A stretch of DNA of 39,147 bases from a virus. The position numbers were made by a program, and so were the translations under genes. This document shows positions 8,506 to 16,106 of the stretch, piece by piece; the first letter of the stretch is position 1; each line of letters starts with the position of its first letter. The DNA lies in the IMG/VR virus record IMGVR_UViG_3300010347_002547, positions 1 to 39,147 of that record; one strand, given 5' to 3'. The notes under the pieces were generated by a model that saw only the letters and a list, made by a program, of their open reading frames with translations, searched no databases and was not told where the DNA came from.

Positions 8506-8729
8506 GCCTTCCCGAGCCAGGGAAAGCGGACTGCATACCCAGCACAAACCTCACAAATAGCAAGGTTATTATCCTTGCAGCGCACGGTAGTATGCAGCCG
8601 GGGTTGGTCCTCACAGCCTGCGAAGTTGAGAGGGAACGGCCCTGGCTCTTGATTCTCGTAGCTTTGGCTATCTAAGTTTTCTTTGATTATATCTCTTTTG
8701 GTATTCCCAAGATATCGATTCTCGGACAT
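8502..8729 (-). CDS. Hypothetical protein with Cys cluster
   Basis: 75 aa; C...C...CEVC at the C-terminus; AGAGG upstream. Confidence 0.5.
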   Translation of the reverse strand: MSENRYLGNTKRDIIKENLDSQSYENQEPGPFPLNFAGCEDQPRLHTTVRCKDNNLAICEVCAGYAVRFPWLGKA

Positions 8730-8764
8730 AATATACCTCTACCTAGCGTGCGGGGCGAAAGTGA

Positions 8765-9448
8765 TCATGCTTTCACCCTCGTGTCCTTTTTGCATTTCTG
8801 GCAGTGATAGACCTTAACTCTCTGCCCCTCAAATTCACTCACAGTGGAGTATTCAGCCATAGAGCTGCAGTGCTTGCATACGATTGGCTCCTCATCCACT
8901 ATGCAGAAGCCCTCAGGATCGTCTCCGGTGCTGATGTTCAGCAGGAGCATTAGTGCATACTTTTTCGCTTGAGTTTGCGCTTTGGAGAATGCTTTGTCGG
9001 AGGAGTCATATCCCTGCCCGATACCTTCACTCTCGATCAGAGCTCCAGTTTCCGAGTCGATGACGGAGAGGGTGCACTTTGTCGTGACTAACTCCCATAC
9101 ACCTCCCGTCCGGGTAGTGCGCGGTTGGCGGTCCAGTACATCTAGCCGGCAAACTGTCGCGAGCTTTGCCTCGACTAATGCCTGATTGACTTTCCCGATA
9201 ATGGCATCCGAGGAGACATATTTGTAGCCCTGGTCTGCATTTGCCTTGTCTTTCGGCACCACAGCGCAGGTCTGCATGACTTGGCAGAGCTTCGCTGCCA
9301 GCTTCGCGAGGTCCGGGTTGGAATGGCTGCACTGACTGGGATGGCTGTCGCAGAATAGCGGCATGCCATCGAAAGGCGGGTGGTGAGGTATGAACTCCTG
9401 CGGTGCGGCCTCTTGCGGCTTCATGATAGTCTGCTGCTTGGCGGCCAT
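8765..9448 (-). CDS. ERF-family single-strand annealing protein with C-terminal Zn-ribbon
   Basis: KDKANADQGYKY, GQGYDSSDKAFSKAQTQAKKYALMLLLNISTGDDPE are ERF hallmarks; CKHC...CQKC tail. Start ATG 9448 with GGAGGT RBS. Confidence 0.85.
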   Translation of the reverse strand: MAAKQQTIMKPQEAAPQEFIPHHPPFDGMPLFCDSHPSQCSHSNPDLAKLAAKLCQVMQTCAVVPKDKANADQGYKYVSSDAIIGKVNQALVEAKLATVCRLDVLDRQPRTTRTGGVWELVTTKCTLSVIDSETGALIESEGIGQGYDSSDKAFSKAQTQAKKYALMLLLNISTGDDPEGFCIVDEEPIVCKHCSSMAEYSTVSEFEGQRVKVYHCQKCKKDTRVKA

Positions 9449-9450
9449 AG

Positions 9451-9597
9451 CTACACCTCCTTGCTGCCATTCAGCCATGCTACCCTCTTGGCAGCGTCTT
9501 CTCTCGAGTGGTGATCGCTTTCTGGGTGCCATTCCCCAGAAGGTGAGTAGAATCCCACCGTGAAAAGATGGGGTTCAGATCGGATATAGACGTACAT
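9451..9597 (-). CDS. Small hypothetical viral protein (48 aa)
   Basis: MYVYIRSEPHLFTVGFYSPSGEWHPESDH...AAKRVAWLNG; ATG 9597 follows the upstream stop at 9599. Confidence 0.65.
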   Translation of the reverse strand: MYVYIRSEPHLFTVGFYSPSGEWHPESDHHSREDAAKRVAWLNGSKEV

Positions 9598-9598
9598 T

Positions 9599-9925
9599 TC
9601 AGGCCACCCTTGCAGCCCTGCGCACCGGCCTATGATGGATCTCCATCCACCGCCTGCTCTCGGCCTCGATCTCGGCGCGGCACTCTGCACTCGCTCCCTC
9701 CTCCTCGTAATGGCAGCAGTTCCCACATCTGCGCCAGCCATTTCTGAACTCCACCGGCATCCACTTCTCCCCACAGACGGGGCATCTTTCGTACTCGTGG
9801 GATACCAGAAAGGGCTTCATGCTGCGGATGGCCGCGAGGACTGTCTCTGTGCGACGGTCCTCTGGGATCGATTCTATCTGGTCCTGCAGACGTTTCTCGA
9901 CTGCGATTTTCTTGGATCTGGACAT
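9599..9925 (-). CDS. Zn-finger protein, first gene of the leftward operon
   Basis: CPVC...CGNC; AGGTGA RBS upstream. Confidence 0.65.
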   Translation of the reverse strand: MSRSKKIAVEKRLQDQIESIPEDRRTETVLAAIRSMKPFLVSHEYERCPVCGEKWMPVEFRNGWRRCGNCCHYEEEGASAECRAEIEAESRRWMEIHHRPVRRAARVA

Positions 9926-10053
9926 CGACTTTCACCTGCCCTAATGGGCAATAACCTATTATTACCCAACTGTATATAAGTATTTTCCTAATATTTGGAA
10001 TAAAAAGGAAATAAAGGATAAGTATATATAGTTTAAACCCGTCATGAAGAACT
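9926..10053. promoter_or_regulatory. Divergent promoter region with TATA boxes and operator-like inverted repeats
   Basis: AT-rich; TATATAAG near 9974 and GTATATATAGTTTAAA near 10022. IR TGGGCAATAA-CCTA-TTATTACCCA (9945-9968, 9/10 match) and palindrome TGCCC-TAAT-GGGCA (9937-9950). Confidence 0.65.
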
Positions 10054-10251
10054 ATGCGTGAATATACCACAATAACGGAAATAGATGAGAGGGGTAGAAT
10101 GTTGATGCCTCTCGCTGTCCGAAAAGCGCTTGGTATCGAGAATAAAAAAGCGCTGCTAGAAATCAGAGTATCATTGGTCGATGCAAAGAAGGAAGAGAGC
10201 GAAAACCCTCTGAAGGCCCACGCTCCTGAATTCCTTCTCGCTTCAGCTTGA
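10054..10251 (+). CDS. AbrB/SpoVT-like transcriptional regulator
   Basis: TEIDERGRMLMPLAVRKALGI matches the AbrB (I/V)D-x-x-G-R-x-x-x-P-x-x-x-R motif. Confidence 0.8.
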   Translation: MREYTTITEIDERGRMLMPLAVRKALGIENKKALLEIRVSLVDAKKEESENPLKAHAPEFLLASA

Positions 10252-10316
10252 GACAGGCAGGTGCAACTGCATGTCCCAAGACGACATTAACCTGACTTCG
10301 GCTATTAATCTATCGG

Positions 10317-10439
10317 ATGATTGACAAGATGGGCCGCGTCTATGTGGATCGTAATCTGGCAGAGCAAGAGGTCTTAATAGTGGTTGTCAAGCCAAAACCA
10401 GAGGATAAGATCAACTACATTAAAGTAGGTAGATCCTGA
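10317..10439 (+). CDS. Second small AbrB-fold-like protein (40 aa), possibly frameshifted from ATG 10271
   Basis: MIDKMGRVYVDRNLAEQEVLIVVVK; below the ORF-track size cutoff. Confidence 0.45.
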   Translation: MIDKMGRVYVDRNLAEQEVLIVVVKPKPEDKINYIKVGRS

Positions 10440-10504
10440 AAAGAATGATTATCAAGCGGCCTAAGACCGACCTCTCAGGCCGCCGCAGACAAAGGTGTCA
10501 CCCA

Positions 10505-10672
10505 ATGTCCGAGAATATTATAGAATTATCCCCAGCAATAAACCTTTTTGATATCTCTAATCACCCTGCTGAGGCCATAGTTGCCTTGATAGAAATGTTA
10601 AAGAGGCAAGAACAAGAGATATTGGACAGCAGGATACGGCCATCTGCTGACCACACTGGACGATGGGGATGA
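10505..10672 (+). CDS. Small hypothetical protein
   Basis: Start reassigned to ATG 10505 (AGGTG upstream). Confidence 0.5.
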   Translation: MSENIIELSPAINLFDISNHPAEAIVALIEMLKRQEQEILDSRIRPSADHTGRWG

Positions 10673-10682
10673 GGTGGCTTAA

Positions 10683-11162
10683 ATGGCTGTGCATAATCTG
10701 AAGCTGCTGATAGTAGCCGTTCTGTGCTTCCTTGTTGGCATGGCTTCAGCCACCACAGTTGAGGTGTTCACAGCCAACCATGTTGGATTTGGAGATCAGG
10801 AGTGGGTTGACTGGAGCGATAAGCTATCGTATAATGCTGAAGAGATTGAGAGACTGCAGAAGACGCTGAATAAGGACCACTACAACCAGAGCTACGAAGT
10901 CAATGTCTTCGACTGTGCTGATGCTTCCATCCTCTGCGAACAATGGCTGGAGAAGCATGGCTATGATGCCTACATCTTGGTCGATGTCAACAGAGTTCAC
11001 GCTTGGGTGGTGGTGCGGTTTGATGATGGAAGCTATGTGCCCGTAGAGGCAACTGCAGACATGGCCCATACGATGGGCAAAATAAATTGGAATCCCAAAT
11101 ATCTGCAGGGATATGTGTACGATACCGCTCTGGAGCTGATGGTGGCAACTGGAAAGATCTGA
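10683..11162 (+). CDS. Secreted transglutaminase-like (papain-fold) Cys-His-Glu protein
   Basis: Signal peptide LLIVAVLCFLVGMASA; FDCAD (Cys), VHAWVVV (His), VPVEAT (acid); GAGGTG RBS. Confidence 0.7.
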   Translation: MAVHNLKLLIVAVLCFLVGMASATTVEVFTANHVGFGDQEWVDWSDKLSYNAEEIERLQKTLNKDHYNQSYEVNVFDCADASILCEQWLEKHGYDAYILVDVNRVHAWVVVRFDDGSYVPVEATADMAHTMGKINWNPKYLQGYVYDTALELMVATGKI

Positions 11163-11320
11163 ATGGCAAAAAGGCATCGAGCAGCCTGTATAAGGCTGTC
11201 AGAGACATTGAGATCCTGGCCAGCGGTGACCCCGAGAAGGATCGCGAGGAGAGCGAAGAATACTTCCGAGAAGAAAAACTCATATACAATAAATTAATAT
11301 CATATATACAAGAGGGGAAA

Positions 11321-12373
11321 ATGGATACTCCAGCAGTAGTAATTTTTGTAGATATCCGTGGGTTTACAAGGTGGTCAGAGGGTATAGAAGCATTTCAATA
11401 TATCGATAAATTTATTTCGAGCTTTTATGAGATACTTTGTAATAAGTTCCATAATTGTAGCTTTATCAAGCAGTTGGGCGATGGAGCTATGATTATTGAG
11501 GAAATCGAAGAGGATTACTCGGGAGACTATTTGAGGGATACATTAAAAAAGGAATTAAATAAAATCAAAGACGTTGAAAATGAATTTCGAGAATTATGTG
11601 ATGATTTTTCTGAATTACATGGATATCACACAGAATTGAATTTAGGGTGGGGAATAGTACGGGGTGTTGTGAAATCCTTGGAGGATAAAAGAGATTATAT
11701 TGGAGCGAATATTAATAAATGTGCGCGATTGTGTGGGATTGCTAGACCTTTCGGCATCGTTATAGAAAGGGACGATTTTCCAAATCTCCCAGAAGACACA
11801 GAGTATAACTTTGCCAAGCAAATTAGAAAGCTAGAAGGCATAGTCGATGACGTTAATGTGTGGGTCACTACGGAGATATCTAATCAATTGGTCCCAAGGG
11901 AGAAAATACGAGAATCGCCTGAGGTCCATGTCGCGGGATTGTGCATAAAGACTGAAAGAGAGGGAGTCAAAGCACTAATCGCAAAAAGAAATCCAAACAG
12001 AAAACTATACCCTTCATTGTATGAGGGGTGTGGAGGTCAACTTAAATACTCTGAATCATTTGAGGATGGTGTAAAAAGGCATTATTACAGAGAAATGCAG
12101 ATAGATGTTCAGGTAGTAAAGACTATCCACAGTTTTTATGAAATAAGAGTGCCCGAAGAACCACTTATCCCAGGAATAAGATTTTTATGTAAATACGTGG
12201 CTGGGGATCCTGTGTCTAAAAACCATTCAGATATTAGATGGGTTAGCGAGGATGAATTGAAGTCAATCTCAGAAAACGAATTTATTCCTGGTCTCAAAGA
12301 CGAATTTATTAATTTCATAGAAAGATTTAATCATGAGAGTCAAAAAGAATTGAATTTGGGAAGAAAAAATTGA
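11321..12373 (+). CDS. Class III nucleotidyl cyclase fused to a C-terminal NUDIX-fold domain
   Basis: FVDIRGF and IKQLGDG (two metal-binding Asp), GWGIVRG, DYIG, NKCAR (catalytic N/R). Second half has EVHVAGLC, LIAKRNPNRKLYPSLYEGCGG and a Nudix-box variant. Likely start ATG 11321 after GAGGGG; frame is open upstream to 11087. Confidence 0.85.
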   Translation: MDTPAVVIFVDIRGFTRWSEGIEAFQYIDKFISSFYEILCNKFHNCSFIKQLGDGAMIIEEIEEDYSGDYLRDTLKKELNKIKDVENEFRELCDDFSELHGYHTELNLGWGIVRGVVKSLEDKRDYIGANINKCARLCGIARPFGIVIERDDFPNLPEDTEYNFAKQIRKLEGIVDDVNVWVTTEISNQLVPREKIRESPEVHVAGLCIKTEREGVKALIAKRNPNRKLYPSLYEGCGGQLKYSESFEDGVKRHYYREMQIDVQVVKTIHSFYEIRVPEEPLIPGIRFLCKYVAGDPVSKNHSDIRWVSEDELKSISENEFIPGLKDEFINFIERFNHESQKELNLGRKN

Positions 12374-13279
12374 TTGCCCGCTCACGTATTCCAGCATATC
12401 GGTTATAATTTTTTCTACAAATATCGTAGGAACAAAACAGCCAAAATCGTTAAGAGCGTCAAACTAGCGATACCTAGCCAAGGAATCAGCGTTAACCGAC
12501 AATCAAAAACTATTTGGATACCATCTCTGAAGCTGTCATTAAAATATGGATTTCCTGGTAACTTTGAGAAAGTCAACCAGATTGAGATCGGAGAGGAATA
12601 CGCTTATGTGTCGGTATCTGTTTCTGAACCGAAACTCATTCAGGCCAAGAAATGGATAGGTGTTGACAGAAATACAGTGGGACACATAGTGGTGGTGTCT
12701 GATCCTGAAACAGGCGCGGTGATCAAGCTTGGGAAGTCTGCTTTCCACGTTCATCAAAAGTACAAGAATATTCGCAGAAGACTTCAGAAGAAAGGCAAGT
12801 ACAAAAAAGCGCGGCAAATCAAAGATAAAGAAAGGCGGATTACCAGAGATATCAACCACAAGATATCCCGAAAGATTGTTGATGTTGCCAAAGAGTCCGG
12901 TAAAGGTATCAAACTCGAAGATCTAACCGGAATCAAAAGCAGTAAGCATAACAAAAAATCGTTCCGCCGCATCAAGAACAGTTGGCCATTCTACCAACTT
13001 CAAACTCAGATAGAATACAAGGCCAAGCTGCTTGGTGTAGAAGTCGCTTATGTTGATCCAGCGTACACTTCGCAAATATGCAGTAGATGCGGACTCATAG
13101 GAGACAGGAACAAAAAGAAATTCAAGTGTTCGCATTGTGGACACGTCGATCAAGCCGATGCAAACGCGGGATTTAACATCGCCGAGCGTCCGCGCATAGA
13201 TCGATCAGCCAAAGACAGGGATTTGGTTGAGGGGAACACTGACATCCCCAAAGCTGTTTTGGCTCGAATCCGGAGCTGA
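12374..13279 (+). CDS. tnpB: IS200/IS605-family TnpB, N-terminally shortened
   Basis: RuvC residues IGVD, LEDL, DANAGFN and Zn finger CSRC/CSHC present. Only 301 aa with about 97 aa before RuvC-I, versus about 170 aa in the other two copies. No left-end hairpin seen. Confidence 0.85.
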   Translation: MPAHVFQHIGYNFFYKYRRNKTAKIVKSVKLAIPSQGISVNRQSKTIWIPSLKLSLKYGFPGNFEKVNQIEIGEEYAYVSVSVSEPKLIQAKKWIGVDRNTVGHIVVVSDPETGAVIKLGKSAFHVHQKYKNIRRRLQKKGKYKKARQIKDKERRITRDINHKISRKIVDVAKESGKGIKLEDLTGIKSSKHNKKSFRRIKNSWPFYQLQTQIEYKAKLLGVEVAYVDPAYTSQICSRCGLIGDRNKKKFKCSHCGHVDQADANAGFNIAERPRIDRSAKDRDLVEGNTDIPKAVLARIRS

Positions 13280-13319
13280 CAGCAAACACCATATGCGTTG
13301 GCTATGGAACGTATGTCAG
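13280..13319 (+). ncRNA. Right end / omega-RNA 3' part of the first tnpB element
   Basis: Imperfect hairpin CCATATGC-GTTG-GCTATGG (13289-13307) followed by GTATGTCAG, resembling IS605-type right ends. Confidence 0.5.
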
Positions 13320-13353
13320 AAGAGATACCAATTTTGGAAGTAGGAGAACTAAC

Positions 13354-13557
13354 ATGAAAACAGAAACCAATGAATTTGATCTTTATGTGTGCGAGATGCT
13401 ACGAGACAAGCTGTGTAAGATTGGAGCTGATGGTCTTTGTAATCCAATAAAAGAGTGCGGATGTTCGTTAGATGATTTAGCACCGTGCGGTTGCATTTAT
13501 ATAAGAGAGTGTGCGGCGGCAAAAAAGAGTCGGAAAGACCACTACACGATTATGTAG
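13354..13557 (+). CDS. Small Cys-rich protein
   Basis: GADGLCNPIKECGCSLDDLAPC motif; AGGAG RBS. Confidence 0.65.
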   Translation: MKTETNEFDLYVCEMLRDKLCKIGADGLCNPIKECGCSLDDLAPCGCIYIRECAAAKKSRKDHYTIM

Positions 13558-14113
13558 GAATTTCCAATAGATCGAAAGGCCTGTGCACTCCTGGACTGTA
13601 CTTTTCTGCTGCTTCAAGTGCCATCAAAACACGGCTCTGGCTAGTGATTCCGAATGACTCTTCGAAGCCATCAGTTGTGTGTAAGCTGCCTAGTGCGTAT
13701 GGCTCGCCGCTGCCAATCACAGCATAATCCGAGACGTGCTCATTGATATCGTAGGTATAACTTATACGAAATATTGAGTCTTGTATTGCCACGATAAATG
13801 TGGCATCGCAGCTGTAGTCGTTGCCTTCCGAATCTTTGAGATGGTGCTTTTCTATTAGGCTTTTTAGTGCTGGCACAAAATCATGTGTCATGTATGAGAA
13901 CAGGTTGGTAGAATTGTTTTCGGGTGGCTCAAACAAATTCAACATAATGTTGTTTTCTGCGTAGCGGCCAGCCGATCCTAGTATCATGGTGTTTCCAATC
14001 TTTTTGATTTTCGGCCACTTCGACAGCTCTGTGTAGTTGTCGTGGTATGTTATGAGGCGGTCTGCGCCTACAATGATCTTATCCGGCGTCTTTAGAGCCA
14101 CAATACATGTCAT
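13550..14113 (-). CDS. HslV/proteasome beta-subunit-like Ntn-hydrolase
   Basis: N-terminal M-T-C-I-V-A, GAD at 15-17, PKIKK, GSAG, IGSG and ALEAAEKYSPGV; GGAGG RBS. Confidence 0.8.
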   Translation of the reverse strand: MTCIVALKTPDKIIVGADRLITYHDNYTELSKWPKIKKIGNTMILGSAGRYAENNIMLNLFEPPENNSTNLFSYMTHDFVPALKSLIEKHHLKDSEGNDYSCDATFIVAIQDSIFRISYTYDINEHVSDYAVIGSGEPYALGSLHTTDGFEESFGITSQSRVLMALEAAEKYSPGVHRPFDLLEIPT

Positions 14114-14124
14114 TTGGATACCTC

Positions 14125-14409
14125 CTATTTTTTTCTGCGGATTGTAGTCGAAGAAGATAGCGGCTTTTTCGTGCCTTTTCCGTATGTTATGCCGCCTAGT
14201 GGTATAATTTCTGTCTCGAATCTACCATGGTTGATAGCCGGTTGAGTAATTATCAGTTCAGCTGCTATCAATTCTTTGATGGCGGCTATTATTTCATCTG
14301 CTTCTTGGTATGTCTTGTATGTTATGAGATCATCTATCGTGACAATGCGTGATTCGTTGCGGGTGACTATTTTATCAAAAAGTTTTTGAGCGGATGGTGT
14401 TAGATCCAT
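14125..14409 (-). CDS. Hypothetical protein, possibly winged helix
   Basis: 94 aa; helix-rich N-half ending ELIAAELII followed by a beta hairpin. Confidence 0.55.
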   Translation of the reverse strand: MDLTPSAQKLFDKIVTRNESRIVTIDDLITYKTYQEADEIIAAIKELIAAELIITQPAINHGRFETEIIPLGGITYGKGTKKPLSSSTTIRRKK

Positions 14410-14547
14410 CTACTTCACCGCCTCAATCCATATAGCTTTTACGAGGTCGCTTAAGTCATCGACGATCTTCCGGCAATCTTCCAGAGTCGATAGGAAGTTT
14501 GACCGTATTACTGTGTTACACCATACTAATGCTATTCTGTATTTCAT
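14410..14547 (-). CDS. Small hypothetical protein (45 aa)
   Basis: MKYRIALVWCNTVIRSNF...AVK*; its TAG directly abuts the ATG at 14409. Confidence 0.5.
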   Translation of the reverse strand: MKYRIALVWCNTVIRSNFLSTLEDCRKIVDDLSDLVKAIWIEAVK

Positions 14548-14560
14548 GCTGTATCGCCTA

Positions 14561-15760
14561 GTCAACTACCACGGCCTGAAGACCATGGCTTGTAGCTAGT
14601 GGTTAGCCCGCTACGATTGGCTGGTTGACAGACAGCCTGCTACGATCAGATCTACTGAAGGCAGCGATATTTCTGGACGCATTCAAATCAGCATCGATCT
14701 GGAAGCCGCAACTCTTGCACTTGAAGGTTCTACCGTTGCGGTTCTCCTTCTTCTGAAATCCACACCGAGAACAGGTACGAGAAGTATATCTTGGATCTAT
14801 GGCTACTGCCTTCTTTCCGATAGCTGCCGCTTTGTATTCCACGATACTTCTTAGTTCTGCGAAACTCCATTTACCAAGCTTCTTATTCTTCTTACCGTTC
14901 CTGATGTTGGTTAGATCTTCCAAAACGATTACGTCATATGGTTTTGATATGATCCAGTTAGCGATCTGATGATTGGTGTCCTTTTGAAACCGTCTCTCTC
15001 GACCTGAAAGTTTTTGCAGCTTTCTTTTAGCAGATCGAGTGCCTATGGACTGAAGTTTTGATCGCAAATACTGATACTTACCCTTGATAGCCTTTACGGA
15101 ACCCGACTTCCAAAAAGTGTTATCACTGCATACTGCTATGTTATTGATTCCAAGATCTACCCCTAGCCGTCTATCACACGTCATTGGTTCTGGATCAGGC
15201 TGTTCTACCTGAATATTGAGATAACATGATTTTTTGGCTATCTTAAGTTGAGCGTTCATGACTTTCCATGTAGCATATTTCTGGTAGTAGTCTGCTAACT
15301 TGAAATCATATCGCAATCTACCAAAAGTCGTTGTAAGCTTGCAGTATCCAGATTCCAAGAATACCTTCATGGTTCTGGTATCGAATCTGACAGCTCCCAG
15401 AGAATGCTTGAAAGGCTTCTTCTCGAAGTGAAGCCTCTTAAGCATCTCGCTGGCTTGGTCCCTAGCAGTCTGAATCAGGGCAGAGGGTAGGGTAGGATAT
15501 TTATCTCGAAGATCTTTGTATGTGGCTTTGTTGAGTTTGGTCTTGTTGTAATCATGTGCCGCAAAACCATAGTCTATGACATCTTGACAGGCAGCATTCC
15601 AAAGCTTCGCTGTCTGGATGAGTTCATTAGATCTATCGAGCTTTATCTTTATCGTGCGGTACATATTATTAGACCATTAGTGCGTTTATTATATTTATAG
15701 TTTTTGGTGTTAAGGGCAAAGGGTTCCGCTTTCATCACCATCCTGAAGGGTGGGGTCTTT
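14561..15760 (-). mobile_element. tnpB-only IS200/IS605 (IS1341-like) element; left boundary approximate
   Basis: Right-end hairpin CCATGGTC-TTCA-GGCCGTGG (14569-14588) then TAGTTGAC. Left-end hairpin CCACCC-TTCA-GGATGG (15738-15753) with the same TTCA loop. No tnpA. Confidence 0.8.
14603..15664 (-). CDS. tnpB: IS605-family TnpB RNA-guided nuclease
   Basis: LGVDLG, VLEDL, DADLNASRN RuvC triad; CSRC/CKSC Zn finger; 353 aa. Confidence 0.95.
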   Translation of the reverse strand: MYRTIKIKLDRSNELIQTAKLWNAACQDVIDYGFAAHDYNKTKLNKATYKDLRDKYPTLPSALIQTARDQASEMLKRLHFEKKPFKHSLGAVRFDTRTMKVFLESGYCKLTTTFGRLRYDFKLADYYQKYATWKVMNAQLKIAKKSCYLNIQVEQPDPEPMTCDRRLGVDLGINNIAVCSDNTFWKSGSVKAIKGKYQYLRSKLQSIGTRSAKRKLQKLSGRERRFQKDTNHQIANWIISKPYDVIVLEDLTNIRNGKKNKKLGKWSFAELRSIVEYKAAAIGKKAVAIDPRYTSRTCSRCGFQKKENRNGRTFKCKSCGFQIDADLNASRNIAAFSRSDRSRLSVNQPIVAG

Positions 15761-16106
15761 CCGATCCGCACTTCGCGATTCTGAAAGATAAAATTACGCT
15801 TGTTTATGCTCTCAAGTTGTTCCCTAAGATTACTGGTATATTTATCAGGAAATGCAGTTCGAACGCGTTTGTATGTAGTGGCACTAATTCTGAGCAATAT
15901 ATCAATGTATCTTGTTTTTGATGATGTTTCCTGTGATTGAAAGATGCTGCGACAAAAGCCGACTCAATCCATATTCTTTGTCTGGTGTAATTTTGCTTTG
16001 ACCTTGTACAAAACACTCCATATCACACAAAGATGTATTTTTGACACTTGCGGTTTTCGACATTTTCAATCACTCAATAACTAATAACTATTATTAGTAT
16101 TTATAC

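Noticed and set aside
12374-13279. Cas12f/Cas14 call for the short RuvC protein
   Set aside because: No CRISPR array nearby; it has an IS605-type right end, so TnpB is the simpler call.
15649-16016. ORFs 15649-15897 and 15804-16016
   Set aside because: Overlapping frames, weak starts, and one runs through the IS left end; cannot support either as a gene.
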